Below are positions 9,040 to 20,204 of a stretch of DNA of 64,000 nt, one piece after another (the first letter of the stretch is position 1; every line of letters starts with the position of its first letter). The translations under genes and the position numbers were made by a program. The stretch spans positions 452,806 to 516,805 of the IMG/VR virus record IMGVR_UViG_3300034072_000758; one strand, written 5' to 3'. Below the pieces are notes generated by a model. It did not search any database and was not told the DNA's origin. It saw only the letters and a program-made list of their open reading frames with translations.

Positions 9040-10091
9040 AAGTCGGCCTTCGGCTTCAATACCTGTGACAAATTCTGACGCTGTTTGATTTCATATCCAT
9101 CACGGAACGTAGTCATCTTGTCGTTCGACAGGTAGTCTTTCAGGATGCGGTGCGCAGCTTCCCACTCGTATTCGCGGTACGCCACTTCCTTGATCTTCCA
9201 AGCGCTGCTAACGCGCTGGAACAGGGTTGATGGCATGTAGTCGGTACGCAGGAAGAAATCGCCTTCCTGAGCCACGTCTGGGAACGCATGACCAGAACCA
9301 ATCAGTTGAGCACCATTAGGCGGAATGCCATCACCCGCAAAAATCCAAGGGTTCTGTAAACCATCCTCAGAACCGGGGATGTAGTAGAACTGCTGGGTTT
9401 CGAAGTTTCTACGAATGAAATTCGCCTTGGCGTTCTCAACGACTTGTTCGTTGATCTCGAACTCCTTAGTCGCGGTGGATAGAATGTCTCCCAGAGTGTC
9501 GGATGTATCCAACCCAAATGGATCGGTGGCCTGTTTATCCAAAATATCTTGGTATTCCTGAGAGGCCGTCATGGGCTTCACTTGGATACGCCATATGTGA
9601 GGATACCAAGTAGACGAATAACCATCAGCGGCCTTGTCGGCTTCCTTCACGACATAAAACTTGTTGGCTGGCTTCGCGGTCGGTGAGGTGTTATCGCGGC
9701 GGTGTGGAAGCTCTATAACGTCCCCGGCGATGATACGACGACCAAGACGGGCGATCAGATCATTTAGATGGAACTCAATAAACAGCGTATCGGACTCAAA
9801 CATCATCCCGAACTGAGACAAACTGAAATCCGTCTCGTCGTTGATTTGATAGATACCGCGTGTCTCATACACGGTATCCGAATATTTTCTATCGCGGTTT
9901 TCCAAGTATAACGGGTCTTGAATACTGGTAATATTCGTGACGGTTGAGTTAGACGTTTGGTCGTACACACCTTCATATAGGTGAACATATACCGCAGTAC
10001 CAGACACCGTGAAAAATTCCGAGATCACCCTATCGGAGAACTTGAAATCGTTTCCTTTTTTACCACTATTCCAGAGAGTTATACGAGCCAT
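9036..10091 (-). CDS. Virion structural protein, probable neck/head-completion protein (gp14-like)
   Basis: IQDPLYLENRDRKY...SLSQFG...GDVIELPH...WYPHIWR pattern recalled from jumbo-phage neck proteins; TAAATA 5 nt upstream. Confidence 0.6.
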   Translation of the reverse strand: MARITLWNSGKKGNDFKFSDRVISEFFTVSGTAVYVHLYEGVYDQTSNSTVTNITSIQDPLYLENRDRKYSDTVYETRGIYQINDETDFSLSQFGMMFESDTLFIEFHLNDLIARLGRRIIAGDVIELPHRRDNTSPTAKPANKFYVVKEADKAADGYSSTWYPHIWRIQVKPMTASQEYQDILDKQATDPFGLDTSDTLGDILSTATKEFEINEQVVENAKANFIRRNFETQQFYYIPGSEDGLQNPWIFAGDGIPPNGAQLIGSGHAFPDVAQEGDFFLRTDYMPSTLFQRVSSAWKIKEVAYREYEWEAAHRILKDYLSNDKMTTFRDGYEIKQRQNLSQVLKPKADF

Positions 10092-10162
10092 ATTTGTATT
10101 TATATTGAAGAAAACCCCCGAACGTGTTATCTAAATATAGCATTGTTCGGAGACTGGCGCTC

Positions 10163-10540
10163 GTGCCAAAGGTTTATCAAAATTTGTCTGGCACGACAAA
10201 AGACTCTTTTAAGATCGGCAAGAACGGTCCTGAAATCATTCGTGGATACGGAGAGCCAGAGGTCGAAGCTACAAATGGTAGTCTATACGTCGATCAAACC
10301 GATGGTGAACTTTATCAATATAAAAAAGACGAATGGGTTCTCCTGTCCAAGGACTACGCGAGCTTCCATTATCTGTCCCTGTTGGCCCAGCACGAGACGA
10401 TCCAGCACATAGCCACTCTCATGTGTCAGGCAAAAGAAAAGAGCCAATTCCCGTGGAAAGTGACTCTTACTTTATTCGGACTATTTGCCGCGTTTGCGAT
10501 CCCCGGCGTGATCCTTATCTGGTTATTCTTTCCCGACTAA
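10163..10540 (+). CDS. Hypothetical protein with C-terminal TM helix; N-domain paralogous to 29726-30160
   Basis: GTG start after GGAG; VYQNLSGTTKDSFKIGKNGP vs VYHNLSGTTEDKFAIGKRGP. Confidence 0.65.
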   Translation: MPKVYQNLSGTTKDSFKIGKNGPEIIRGYGEPEVEATNGSLYVDQTDGELYQYKKDEWVLLSKDYASFHYLSLLAQHETIQHIATLMCQAKEKSQFPWKVTLTLFGLFAAFAIPGVILIWLFFPD

Positions 10541-11800
10541 CCATTCACCCGGAAGATCATAATTGTCGATGATCTTCTTGTTCATGTCGCCATACAGGCT
10601 GATCGACGGCTTGCGATTGATCAGATCATTGTGGAACGCCTGAACCTGTTCGCGGGACGTGCGTTCAGCTTCTTCGAGGATTCCGCCCACGTTATCGTAG
10701 CTTCGGCCTTCATCGAACATGTCGGCCAGAACGAATTGCATCAGTTCGCCGTATTCTTCATCGACCTTGGAAATTTCCACAAGGGCCTTATTCTTCGCCA
10801 GCGTCCAGTCGGCATCGGTGATACCGTTTTCGGCGATGGTGCGCAGCGTTTTACCGATGGCGATAAAGCATTTCTTGAGGTTCTTTTTCGTCGTTTCGAA
10901 CGCGATGACAAAGAGTTCCGTATCGTTGGAATAGTGGGCGCTGACATGGTAGCACAGACCCAACTTCTCGCGTACTTCAACGAACAGAGGCGACGACATG
11001 CCACCAGACAGAACATCGGTGAGAAGATAGGACAGAACGCGCTCGTCACGCTTTACCGGAAAGGCGATGCGACCCTTAACCGAACCCTTCGGGGGAGACG
11101 GAATAACGACTGTGCCACCCACGTATTCCGCCTTTTCAGTCGGAACCTTTTGGCCTTGAGGCAGCTTCATGACGTGGCTGGCTTTCACCTTTTTCACGAA
11201 CTCGTCATGATCGACATTACCACCACAGAACACGATCATGTTCTGGGTGAAATAGTTGGCCTTGTGATAGACCGCCAGATCGTCTTCGACGTTGATATTT
11301 GTGATGGTTTCTTCCGTGCCGAGCGTTTCGCGGCCCAGAGCGCTGCCGGGATATGCCGCCGCTTTCAGGCCGTTGTAGACCATCTTGCCGCCATTGGTTT
11401 GGGTCATGGCGAACTCTTGGAGGATGACATCGCGTTCCTTCTCGATTTTGTTGAAAGCGATGTTGGTCACCATGTCGGTGAGAAGGTCGAGCGAATTATC
11501 CACAAACTTACCGAGACCTTCCACGAAATAAACCGTGTGGCGGGCCGAGGTGTACGCATTGAAGGACGAGCCGAGCGATTCGATTTCGGATGAAATAGCG
11601 AACGAATCTTCCCGGTTGGAAGTACCGTTAAACATCATGTGTTCGAGGAAGTGAGCGGTGCCTTGCTTTACGTCATTTTCATCACTGGAACCAGCGTTGA
11701 CGGCGACCGCAACAAGCGAAGAGTGAGTTTGCCTTTGAGCGGTGATGACCGTTAGGCCATTGTCGAGGACGGTGGTTCTGATGTTTGTGTAAAATGACAT
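10523..11800 (-). CDS. M16 family Zn-dependent peptidase
   Basis: HFLEHMMF (HxxEH), NAYTS, SSPLFVEVREKLGLCY. Confidence 0.93.
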   Translation of the reverse strand: MSFYTNIRTTVLDNGLTVITAQRQTHSSLVAVAVNAGSSDENDVKQGTAHFLEHMMFNGTSNREDSFAISSEIESLGSSFNAYTSARHTVYFVEGLGKFVDNSLDLLTDMVTNIAFNKIEKERDVILQEFAMTQTNGGKMVYNGLKAAAYPGSALGRETLGTEETITNINVEDDLAVYHKANYFTQNMIVFCGGNVDHDEFVKKVKASHVMKLPQGQKVPTEKAEYVGGTVVIPSPPKGSVKGRIAFPVKRDERVLSYLLTDVLSGGMSSPLFVEVREKLGLCYHVSAHYSNDTELFVIAFETTKKNLKKCFIAIGKTLRTIAENGITDADWTLAKNKALVEISKVDEEYGELMQFVLADMFDEGRSYDNVGGILEEAERTSREQVQAFHNDLINRKPSISLYGDMNKKIIDNYDLPGEWLVGKE

Positions 11801-11933
11801 ATTCGCTCCATGTAACTAAATCAACGCATATACTATCATAAAAATCTTTCAAGTCAACATTTTATATTTGCTTATCCACATCCAATGATGATAGAAAAAT
11901 ATGGTTAATTTTGTGTAAAGGATTATCCGCGTA

Positions 11934-12464
11934 ATGGGTACTCGTCATTTGGTGGTTGTTCGCTTGAACAATGAAGTAAAAGTCGCTCAGTATGGTCAAT
12001 TCGACGGTTATATGAGCGGGGCTGGTAGAACAATACAACGTATTTTGTCGTTTGCTGATTTGAATTTGCTAAAAGAGTTAGTAGCAAAATGTTGGTGGAT
12101 CACAGATGATGAACACAACAAGATGATGGCTGATCTTGGTGTCAAAAGTAATGACGGTTGGATTAGCTTGGATGACAGTAAAAAAATTGAAAAAGCTTAT
12201 CCGCATCTTCATCGCAATTGTAGCGCCGAAGTCATCACTGAAATTCTCAACAGCGAAAACGGATTACCGCTTCAAAATTCATACGATTTTGGAGAAGATG
12301 GACTTTTTTGCGAATACACCTATACGGTCGATCTCGACAATGATACATTGACCGCACAAAGCGGGGGTTTGGACGGCAAAGTCCTTTTCCAAGGACCAAT
12401 CAACACGCTCCACACAATCCCACCATTTGAAGACCCCAAAGACGAAGAAGAAGACGAAGAATGA
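11934..12464 (+). CDS. Conserved phage hypothetical protein
   Basis: MGTR...[10 protein letters not shown]...[11 protein letters not shown] pattern; acidic tail; overlaps aspS start. Confidence 0.8.
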   Translation: MGTRHLVVVRLNNEVKVAQYGQFDGYMSGAGRTIQRILSFADLNLLKELVAKCWWITDDEHNKMMADLGVKSNDGWISLDDSKKIEKAYPHLHRNCSAEVITEILNSENGLPLQNSYDFGEDGLFCEYTYTVDLDNDTLTAQSGGLDGKVLFQGPINTLHTIPPFEDPKDEEEDEE

Positions 12465-14242
12465 CCAAGACAAACATGCGAACGCAAACCTGTGGTGAAT
12501 TGACCGTGGCCTATACTGGCGACACGGTGAGCCTGTGTGGCTGGATTCACCGCAAGCGAGATCATGGCGGCTTGCTGTTCATCGACTTACGTGACAATTA
12601 CGGACTGACCCAGATCGTAATGCAAAAGACCGCTGCCTGTTTCTCGGTGGTGGAGCACCTTCGCCAAGAAAGCGTAATTCGCGTAATCGGTAAGGTCGTA
12701 ACGAGAACGGAAAATACACAAAACCCGAACCTCGCAACCGGGCAGATCGAAGTCATCGCTTCGGAAATTACAGTTCTGTCGGAAGCCTCGGAACTTCCAG
12801 TGCCAGTGTTCGGTGATGTTCAGTATCCAGAAGACCAACGTTTGAAGCATCGCTATCTCGATCTTCGCCGTGACGAACTCCACTCAAACATCCTGCTGCG
12901 CTCCAAGATCATTAGCTACCTGCGTAGGTTCATGGAGGGCGAAGGCTTTACTGAGTTTCAGACGCCTATTCTGACCGCATCTTCCCCAGAAGGCGCGCGC
13001 GACTTCCTCATTCCATCACGCCTTCATCCCGGCAAATTTTATGCCCTGCCTCAAGCACCACAACAATTCAAGCAACTTTTGATGGTGTCTGGCTTTGACC
13101 GCTATTTCCAGATCGCACCTTGCTTCCGCGACGAAGCCGCCCGTGCTGACCGGTCGCCGGGTGAGTTCTATCAACTCGATATTGAAATGTCTTTCGTCAA
13201 TCAGGAAGACGTTTTCTCTCAGGCTGAACGTATCCTTCATTCGACCTTTACTGAGTTCTCGAACGGGAAGACCGTAAGTTCGTACCCATTCCAGCGAATC
13301 ACCTACAAGGACTCGATGGAAAAATACGGCAACGATAAGCCCGATCTTCGTAACCCAATCGTCATGAGCGATGCTTCGCTTTATTTCGTGAACGGCGGCT
13401 TCGGTCTGTTTGAGAAAATGGCCAGCGACGGCAAAAGCTCGATCTGGGCTATTCCGGTCAAGGGCAATGGAAACATCAATCGCAAATTCTGCGACAAGAT
13501 GAACTCTTGGGCCATCGAAGAAGGCCAAAAAGGTATGGGATATATCTATTGGAACGAAGAAGGCGCACAAGGCCCAATCGCCAAGAATCTCCATGCCGAT
13601 AAGCTGGGACAATTGGAAGCCGCCTATGAATTGGGTAACGGTGATGCCATATTCTTCGTGGCCGGGATCAAAAAGGATTTCCTCAAGTTCTGCGGATTCG
13701 CCCGCACCAAGATCGCCGAAGAACTCGGTCTGATCAAGGATGATCATTTCCATTTCTGCTGGGTGGTGGATTTCCCAATGTTCGAACTATCGAACGAAGG
13801 CAAAATCGATTTCGCCCACAATCCGTTCTCTATGCCACAAGGCGAAATGGAAGCTCTGGAAACCAAGAACCCGCTGGATATTCTGGCCTATCAGTACGAC
13901 ATCGTGTGTAACGGCATCGAACTGTCCTCCGGGGCTATTCGTAACCACCGACCCGACATCATGCTCAAGGCTTTTGAAATCGCTGGTTACAAGGCCGAGG
14001 AAGTGGAAGAACGCTTCGGCGGTATGTTGAACGCATTCCGCTATGGCGCGCCTCCCCACGGTGGTCTGGCTCCCGGTGTTGACCGCATGGTCATGATGCT
14101 GGCTAATAAATCCTCCATCCGAGACATCATCGCTTTCCCGCTGAATCAGCAAGGACAAGATTTGATGATGAACGCACCATCGGAAGTCACGGATAAACAA
14201 CTCAAAGAGTTGAACATCCGAACATACAAGCCATTGAGCTAA
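12461..14242 (+). CDS. aspS: Aspartyl-tRNA synthetase (probably non-discriminating type)
   Basis: [52 protein letters not shown]; His in RDHGG is typical of ND-AspRS. Confidence 0.97.
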   Translation: MTKTNMRTQTCGELTVAYTGDTVSLCGWIHRKRDHGGLLFIDLRDNYGLTQIVMQKTAACFSVVEHLRQESVIRVIGKVVTRTENTQNPNLATGQIEVIASEITVLSEASELPVPVFGDVQYPEDQRLKHRYLDLRRDELHSNILLRSKIISYLRRFMEGEGFTEFQTPILTASSPEGARDFLIPSRLHPGKFYALPQAPQQFKQLLMVSGFDRYFQIAPCFRDEAARADRSPGEFYQLDIEMSFVNQEDVFSQAERILHSTFTEFSNGKTVSSYPFQRITYKDSMEKYGNDKPDLRNPIVMSDASLYFVNGGFGLFEKMASDGKSSIWAIPVKGNGNINRKFCDKMNSWAIEEGQKGMGYIYWNEEGAQGPIAKNLHADKLGQLEAAYELGNGDAIFFVAGIKKDFLKFCGFARTKIAEELGLIKDDHFHFCWVVDFPMFELSNEGKIDFAHNPFSMPQGEMEALETKNPLDILAYQYDIVCNGIELSSGAIRNHRPDIMLKAFEIAGYKAEEVEERFGGMLNAFRYGAPPHGGLAPGVDRMVMMLANKSSIRDIIAFPLNQQGQDLMMNAPSEVTDKQLKELNIRTYKPLS

Positions 14243-14343
14243 TCTTGGAGGGTCGCTTGAAAAAGCGGCCCTTTCTATTGACATACTAAGAAGATATGAT
14301 ATGTTGTTAGTAAGACAACATTATATTATTAGGAGATTTACAT

Positions 14344-14673
14344 ATGACTGACCGCGAAGCGAATGCCCTGAAAATCATTCAACACAAGATTGATCAATTC
14401 GTTCTAATTCTTGAAGCTGCTAATCGCCAAATGATCGCGGCTATGTCGGAAAAAACTGGTCACATGCCGGAAATCTTAGTCTACGAAATCAAGAAAGCCA
14501 ATGACTACATTCTCTACGGCGAGGAAGTCGTTAAGTGGTTCAATGACGGCAAGACCAAGGAAGAGGTCTTGGCGATGATCAACCAATTCTTCATCGACTA
14601 CCATATGGGCTGGTCGAACAAGCCGAAGGAATGCTGTGAAGTGATGGCGGCTATCGCTTGCGCCATCAAGTAA
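14344..14673 (+). CDS. Hypothetical protein, paralog of 56306-56656
   Basis: AGGAG RBS; W-x3-G-x-T-x2-E...F-x-D-x3-G shared with 56306-56656. Confidence 0.75.
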   Translation: MTDREANALKIIQHKIDQFVLILEAANRQMIAAMSEKTGHMPEILVYEIKKANDYILYGEEVVKWFNDGKTKEEVLAMINQFFIDYHMGWSNKPKECCEVMAAIACAIK

Positions 14674-15900
14674 TTACAGCCACACTTTCCCATATGCTGA
14701 TTGAAGAATAGACGGGATGAACACTTTACCACCTTCGTCCTGATAGTTTTCCAGAACAGCCAACAAAGTTCTACCAACCGCCAGTCCAGACCCATTTAAG
14801 GTGTGGACTGGTTCTTTTTTGCCTTGAGCATTGGTGAAGCGAGTCTTCATGCGATTGGCTTGGAAATCGCCACAATTGGATACCGAGCTAATCTCACGAT
14901 AAGTTTTCTGTGATGGCACCCAAACTTCGATGTCGTAAGTCTTTTGTGCTCCGAAGCCCATGTCACCCGCGCATAATAACATGATGCGATATTTTATACC
15001 CAATGAAGTGAGGATGTTTTCAGCACAAGATAACATGAACTCGTGCTCTTGTGCCGACTTCTCAGGCGTAGTGATCGACACCATTTCAACTTTGTTAAAT
15101 TGATGCTGGCGTAAGATGCCATGCGTGTCCTTACCAGCGCTTCCGGCTTCGGATCGGAAACATGGGGTCAGCGCAGTTAGACGAAGGGGTAATTCACCCT
15201 CAGCCAAAATCTTATCAGCGACATAATTTGTCAAAGTCACTTCGGCGGTCGGGATCAGAAAATGTTCATCAGTGTTCACCGAGTACAGGTCATCGATGAA
15301 TTTAGGAAGCTGACCAGTTCCATACAAGGCCGTGTCTTTCACCAGCAACGGAGTGGAGCATTCCTCGAATCCATTTTTAACCTGACATTCAAGCATATAC
15401 TGCCCGATAACTCGTTCGAGACGTGCCACGGGGCCGCGCATGAATGAGAAGCGTGTGCCAGACATCGCTACCCCCGCTGATATATCGAGGCCGTATTTGC
15501 TCCCGATCTCAACATGGTCTTTCGGGTCTTTTATGGAACGGAGCGGAATATCATTGACACGAACCAATTGATTGTCGTGCTCGTCTTTTCCAACCGGAAC
15601 GTCATTGGCTGGGACATTTGGGATGTCGAACAAATAGTCTTCAAGTTCCCCGGCCAGATAATCGACCAAGCCTTCGGCAGTAGTTATTTCGGCCTTCACC
15701 GCCACCCCGGTTTCATGGTCTTTATTCCGCGCGGCATCCTTGCGCTTGGCGTACAAAGCCTCAAGATCAGTCAACGATTTACGATGATCTGTATCCTTTT
15801 TGAGAATGTCCGAAACTATCCGAGACCCGTCAAGCCCTCTCTTATTCAACCCGCTGGCAACGGCTTCTGGATTCTCGCGGATGGTCTTTATATTGATCAT
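14674..15900 (-). CDS. serS: Seryl-tRNA synthetase
   Basis: N-terminal coiled coil, GTGQLPKF, LIPTAEV, FRSEAG, RQHQFNKVE, YREISSVSNC, TLNGSGLAVGR. Confidence 0.97.
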   Translation of the reverse strand: MINIKTIRENPEAVASGLNKRGLDGSRIVSDILKKDTDHRKSLTDLEALYAKRKDAARNKDHETGVAVKAEITTAEGLVDYLAGELEDYLFDIPNVPANDVPVGKDEHDNQLVRVNDIPLRSIKDPKDHVEIGSKYGLDISAGVAMSGTRFSFMRGPVARLERVIGQYMLECQVKNGFEECSTPLLVKDTALYGTGQLPKFIDDLYSVNTDEHFLIPTAEVTLTNYVADKILAEGELPLRLTALTPCFRSEAGSAGKDTHGILRQHQFNKVEMVSITTPEKSAQEHEFMLSCAENILTSLGIKYRIMLLCAGDMGFGAQKTYDIEVWVPSQKTYREISSVSNCGDFQANRMKTRFTNAQGKKEPVHTLNGSGLAVGRTLLAVLENYQDEGGKVFIPSILQSAYGKVWL

Positions 15901-15963
15901 GATATTCTTCTACGGCTATTTAATTCACCATAAAAGAGTGATGATTCTCAGTCAATATAAAAC

Positions 15964-16137
15964 TTATGCTGCGCCTCGAAGAACGACCCCAGCTTCGTCC
16001 AACAAATGTTCCAGCATGTCGTAAAAACCATCCAATTGCTCACGGGTAGGAACGAATTTGGGTTCACGACCATGAACAGCACGATAGCATTCAATGTAGG
16101 CGGCAACTTCTTCGTCGGCAATATTTTGTTGAGACAT
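15964..16137 (-). CDS. Hypothetical protein (57 aa, MSQQNIADEEVAAYIECY...)
   Basis: Below ORF-track cutoff; AAGGAA RBS and TTGACA promoter-like element upstream. Confidence 0.6.
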   Translation of the reverse strand: MSQQNIADEEVAAYIECYRAVHGREPKFVPTREQLDGFYDMLEHLLDEAGVVLRGAA

Positions 16138-16197
16138 ATCTTGTTCCTTTACTGCTATAAATTCAGCATAACATACATAGGAACAGTGTCAATTATT

Positions 16198-17154
16198 TTA
16201 AACCCACTGGACGCCAGTATTTCCGTCTAAATCAATTCCGATTTTCTTGAAGAACTCTGTTATTTCGTTACGATCCAAAGTCTTATCCATAAAGTTCGAC
16301 TTGAGTTGAAGATAATCCCAAGACTGAATATGATACGTAAGATCGTAAAGCTTCTCGACCGAGGCTTTCAATTGATCATTATTCATGGATTGAACGAATG
16401 CCATATTGTTTCCTTTGTCATCCTTACCAACACCAATAGCCACCCAACCATTGTTTTCAGCTTTCACCCGCATGTTTACCAAAGTCATATCCGACGATGG
16501 CTGAATGCCGAATGCTTCTGGATTATCTTTTAACGAAGCCGCGAATTGCTTCACTTGCTTAGTCTCGCCCGATTTAGTATTGAACCACGCTTTAAAAGCG
16601 ACAGGCTTTTCTTTTTTCACAAGCTGGTGGAGAATATTTTGAAGCTGGGAAATGAAATGTTGACCGGGATCATTAACGAACGGAGTATCATTCATACGGA
16701 TTGGTTTACTCAGGGTGTGACCATTAGCATAAGCCAAGAACATGATTTTGGCTTTACCTGAGAATATAACTGCTTCGACCGGTGGATAATAAATCTTGGC
16801 AGCTTTGATTATCTCTGGAAGCATTTTGAAATTTGTCATAACGACAATTTTCTTAATGACGCCCTTGCCGTAAATCCAAATAGTCAATTCGTGATTATCG
16901 TGACCAGACAGTTCCCAAATACGCTTCTTGAAGAAATTGATGTCGGTATAATTATTCTTGAGAATTGCGGAATTTTTTGAATCAGTCTTCCATACTTCTC
17001 TACCGCGCAAGAACTTGAAAGCATTAACAACTTCTAACGCATCTTCCTTTGGAAGATTGCGAATGATGTTGGCCAATTCTTTATTCGTTTCTACCTGTTC
17101 AGGGTCAATACCATGTTTGGATAGAACTTCATATGCTTCTGCTTGTGGGTCCAT
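16198..17154 (-). CDS. Hypothetical late protein
   Basis: 318-aa ORF; TAAATA 4 nt upstream of ATG. Confidence 0.75.
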   Translation of the reverse strand: MDPQAEAYEVLSKHGIDPEQVETNKELANIIRNLPKEDALEVVNAFKFLRGREVWKTDSKNSAILKNNYTDINFFKKRIWELSGHDNHELTIWIYGKGVIKKIVVMTNFKMLPEIIKAAKIYYPPVEAVIFSGKAKIMFLAYANGHTLSKPIRMNDTPFVNDPGQHFISQLQNILHQLVKKEKPVAFKAWFNTKSGETKQVKQFAASLKDNPEAFGIQPSSDMTLVNMRVKAENNGWVAIGVGKDDKGNNMAFVQSMNNDQLKASVEKLYDLTYHIQSWDYLQLKSNFMDKTLDRNEITEFFKKIGIDLDGNTGVQWV

Positions 17155-17229
17155 ACTTTATTTATTTTAAAATTGCGAACGCCGCCACGTATATGCTACG
17201 GTTGATTTTATTAGAAAGTAGATGGTGTA

Positions 17230-17805
17230 ATGGAACAAATCGCTAAAACCATTAAGTATGTGACTTTTCTCGCTCTGGTTACATATGTGTCCACATTATC
17301 CAAAGCGGATATTTTGTTTTATTCCCTATTTGTGGCGTTTGTGTTTCTTATCAATGTCCCAGCAATGGCGGTCGGCTTAACCCAGCCGGATGGCGTAACA
17401 GTTAGATATGAAAAAACCTTTTGCATCACTAACCTGTTACTTCTTTCCATAGGTGGGATGATCTTATCTCATTATAAAGGCTTCGATCTTTTCTGGCCAA
17501 TAATGGGTTCGTCCTTCTTAATAATTCTTGCTGCCGTGGCGGCAGGGAGCTTCATCCCAATCACAGATGATTTCTATAAAGACATTCTCAGGGGAGAAAT
17601 TATCGCAATTGGGTTGGGTTCATTGATAACAATCAGCGCTGGCGCAGCAAACGTAATGGGTTATACCAGCAAGTTTTTGGTAGTGGTCGGGTTGGCATTT
17701 TTATGTGTGGCTGCTATTTTATCCAGCGCAACCGTTCGCTTAAGATATAGTATCCCAACAGCATTATGTGCGTTAACTTGGAGTGCGATGTTCGTTCTTC
17801 GGTAA
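17230..17805 (+). CDS. Multi-pass membrane protein (possibly distant Bax-inhibitor-1/YccA-like)
   Basis: About 6-7 hydrophobic segments; family call weak. Confidence 0.6.
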   Translation: MEQIAKTIKYVTFLALVTYVSTLSKADILFYSLFVAFVFLINVPAMAVGLTQPDGVTVRYEKTFCITNLLLLSIGGMILSHYKGFDLFWPIMGSSFLIILAAVAAGSFIPITDDFYKDILRGEIIAIGLGSLITISAGAANVMGYTSKFLVVVGLAFLCVAAILSSATVRLRYSIPTALCALTWSAMFVLR

Positions 17806-17816
17806 TAAATACTTGA

Positions 17817-18572
17817 ATGAGCATCAGACCAAGAGACCGCCTAAAAAGAGAAATCAACATCATGTTGGGTGGAACCCTCGTAGATGTTGAATTGGAAGAC
17901 CTCGAACTGGATTTGGCTATCGACATTACATTGGATCGCTATCGCCAACGCAGCGGTAATTCAATGGAAGATGGTTATATTTTTATGACCATGACCGATC
18001 AACAGGTCTATCAGCTTCCAGCCGAAGTTCAGGTTGTAAAGTCCGTTCTCAGAACCGGCTATGGTCAATTTGGTACAGAAGAACCATTCTCATTGGCCTT
18101 CGTAAACCAAATGTATTACATGAACAGCCCATCCGGTATGGGTGCTCCCGGTGGTACTGCGGGCTTCCTGTCAACATATGATATGTCGGCTCAATATTCT
18201 GAACTGTCTGCGCGTCTGTTTGGTCGTGACGTTGACTTCACTTGGAACGCTCAAACCAAGCGCATTCAAATGGCTCGCAGACCAATGATCGGTGAGCAAG
18301 TCGCACTGGAAGTCATGCTGATTAAACCAGAAGATGTGATCATTGACGATTTCGCCGCTAAGGGTTGGATCAGAAGCTACGCAATGTCTCAGGCTAAAAT
18401 GATCTTGGGTCAAGGTCGCGGCAAGTTTGCTACCTTTGCTGGCCCACAAGGCGGAATTACTCTGAACGGCGCTGAACTTAAGCAAGAAGCGGTGGCCGAG
18501 ATCGAAAAATTAGATGCTGAGCTTACCAACCTAATCGACGCCAATAGAGGCTTCCCATTCATAATTGGATAA
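17817..18572 (+). CDS. Neck protein (T4 gp13-like)
   Basis: LGGTLVDVEL...WIRSYA...KMILGQGRGKF...GGITLNG; TAAATA 5 nt upstream. Confidence 0.85.
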   Translation: MSIRPRDRLKREINIMLGGTLVDVELEDLELDLAIDITLDRYRQRSGNSMEDGYIFMTMTDQQVYQLPAEVQVVKSVLRTGYGQFGTEEPFSLAFVNQMYYMNSPSGMGAPGGTAGFLSTYDMSAQYSELSARLFGRDVDFTWNAQTKRIQMARRPMIGEQVALEVMLIKPEDVIIDDFAAKGWIRSYAMSQAKMILGQGRGKFATFAGPQGGITLNGAELKQEAVAEIEKLDAELTNLIDANRGFPFIIG

Positions 18573-18634
18573 CTTGACAGCAAGAAAATATATTGCTAGA
18601 TTGAAACCCTCATTTTATTTTGGGGGTATAAATC

Positions 18635-18826
18635 ATGGAATATCGTTTTTCGTATACTGATCTGAGTGGGGGCAGCGTTATGGTGTCTACCCGCGATTAC
18701 AGCGAGGCAAAGAGACAGTACGACAACGTAACCACGAAGTATCTGTGTAAATTCCTCCTTCACTTCGGCGATAATGGCTGGCAAGTCATTGAACAAAGCC
18801 TCCCGGTTTATGGAAGGGCAGCATAA
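18635..18826 (+). CDS. Hypothetical protein
   Basis: Follows TTGACA promoter; TAATG overlap with next gene. Confidence 0.6.
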   Translation: MEYRFSYTDLSGGSVMVSTRDYSEAKRQYDNVTTKYLCKFLLHFGDNGWQVIEQSLPVYGRAA

Positions 18827-19128
18827 TGGACAAGACACAAGTTGCGCTGGGGATCGTGCGCGAGGCTCATTCGCTGTCTCCCGAAGAGTTCCAAAATCGC
18901 TATCCGCCGAAGACTGATCGGATGTATGATCCGAACGACCCCTTCTACATGACTTCGACGGATTATTTGAACCAATATAATCCCAACCGTCTCCATTGTG
19001 CGGATGGCGGCGCTTGTCACCACGCTTGCGCTTCGAACGAGGCCGGGGCCTGTTTCCGACGTGATACTTGCGGGCCGCTCAGTAATAGTGGCTGGGAAAT
19101 GAAAGACGGAAAGTGGGTACAAGAATGA
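18826..19128 (+). CDS. Hypothetical protein with Cys/His cluster
   Basis: CADGGACHHAC...CFR..TCGPLS putative metal-binding motif. Confidence 0.7.
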   Translation: MDKTQVALGIVREAHSLSPEEFQNRYPPKTDRMYDPNDPFYMTSTDYLNQYNPNRLHCADGGACHHACASNEAGACFRRDTCGPLSNSGWEMKDGKWVQE

Positions 19129-20129
19129 CCATCGTTCATAAACTTCAAGAGCACGGACTAATCAGTCCGCCGAAATGGTTGCCGGATAACCTCGCGTATC
19201 TGGTCATCATGGGATCGATGGCTTACGGCGTCAATACGGACACGTCCGATATGGATGTGTATGGCTTTGCTGTGCCTCCCAAGGAGATCGTATTTCCACA
19301 CCTGACCGGCTATATCCCCGGCTTTGGTAACCACCCGGAAAAGTTCGATCAGTGGTCCGAGCATCACATCAGACAGAACCAGAAGGAATACGACTTCTCG
19401 GTCTATTCCATCGTGCGATATTTCGATCTGTGTAGGGAAAACAACCCCAACATGATTGATAGCCTTTTCGTGCCGGACAACTGCGTGATGTTCCAATCCA
19501 AAGTCGGTGAGATCGTCCGCGAGAACAAACACGCCTTCCTTCACAAGGGGGCTTTCCACAAATACAAAGGCTATGCTTACGCGCAAATCGGGCGTTACAA
19601 GTCTCTGTCCCCGGAGAGCAAGCTTGGCTCCATCCGTATCAAGATGGGTGAAGAAGGTTTGGAGTTCGATGCCTTCAAAGAAAAGGTGGATAGTGGGGAG
19701 CTTGTTCTATCAGCTTCGATGAAGCGTGATTTCGACGGCCTGAACGAACGCCAAATCAACACCATCAAGGAAGGTGTGGATCGCAAGGCTATGTATCACG
19801 TGGTTCGTTTGATGAACGAGCTTGAGCAAATCCTGACAACAGGGACGCTTGATCTCCAAATCAATCGGGAACAGCTTAAGTCTATTCGTCGTGGCGAGTG
19901 GACACCTGAGCAAATCTTTGAATACTTCGAGCGCAAGGAAGCCGAACTCGACGGCATCCAATTGACCTCGAACGTGCTTCCACATGGCCCTAACATGAAA
20001 CAGCTTCACAGCATTCTGGTAAGCTGTCTGGAAGAGGTTTATGGGTCTCTGGACAACATGATCTCCCAGAATAAAGATGATCGATTACTGGTCGAATTGA
20101 AAGGTCTCGTGAAAAAGTTCGACGTATAG
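19125..20129 (+). CDS. Pol-beta superfamily nucleotidyltransferase (YcgL/RlaP/NrdC.11-like)
   Basis: GSMAYGVNTDTSDMDVYG, NPNMIDSLF, GYAYAQ, KAMYHVVRL, LKSIRRGE. Confidence 0.85.
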   Translation: MTIVHKLQEHGLISPPKWLPDNLAYLVIMGSMAYGVNTDTSDMDVYGFAVPPKEIVFPHLTGYIPGFGNHPEKFDQWSEHHIRQNQKEYDFSVYSIVRYFDLCRENNPNMIDSLFVPDNCVMFQSKVGEIVRENKHAFLHKGAFHKYKGYAYAQIGRYKSLSPESKLGSIRIKMGEEGLEFDAFKEKVDSGELVLSASMKRDFDGLNERQINTIKEGVDRKAMYHVVRLMNELEQILTTGTLDLQINREQLKSIRRGEWTPEQIFEYFERKEAELDGIQLTSNVLPHGPNMKQLHSILVSCLEEVYGSLDNMISQNKDDRLLVELKGLVKKFDV

Positions 20130-20204
20130 CTTGACAAAGGTGAGTATTGGTGTATGTTGGTATCACAAAATATCGATACTCACCTTTTTCAAGGAGATTT
20201 AAAT

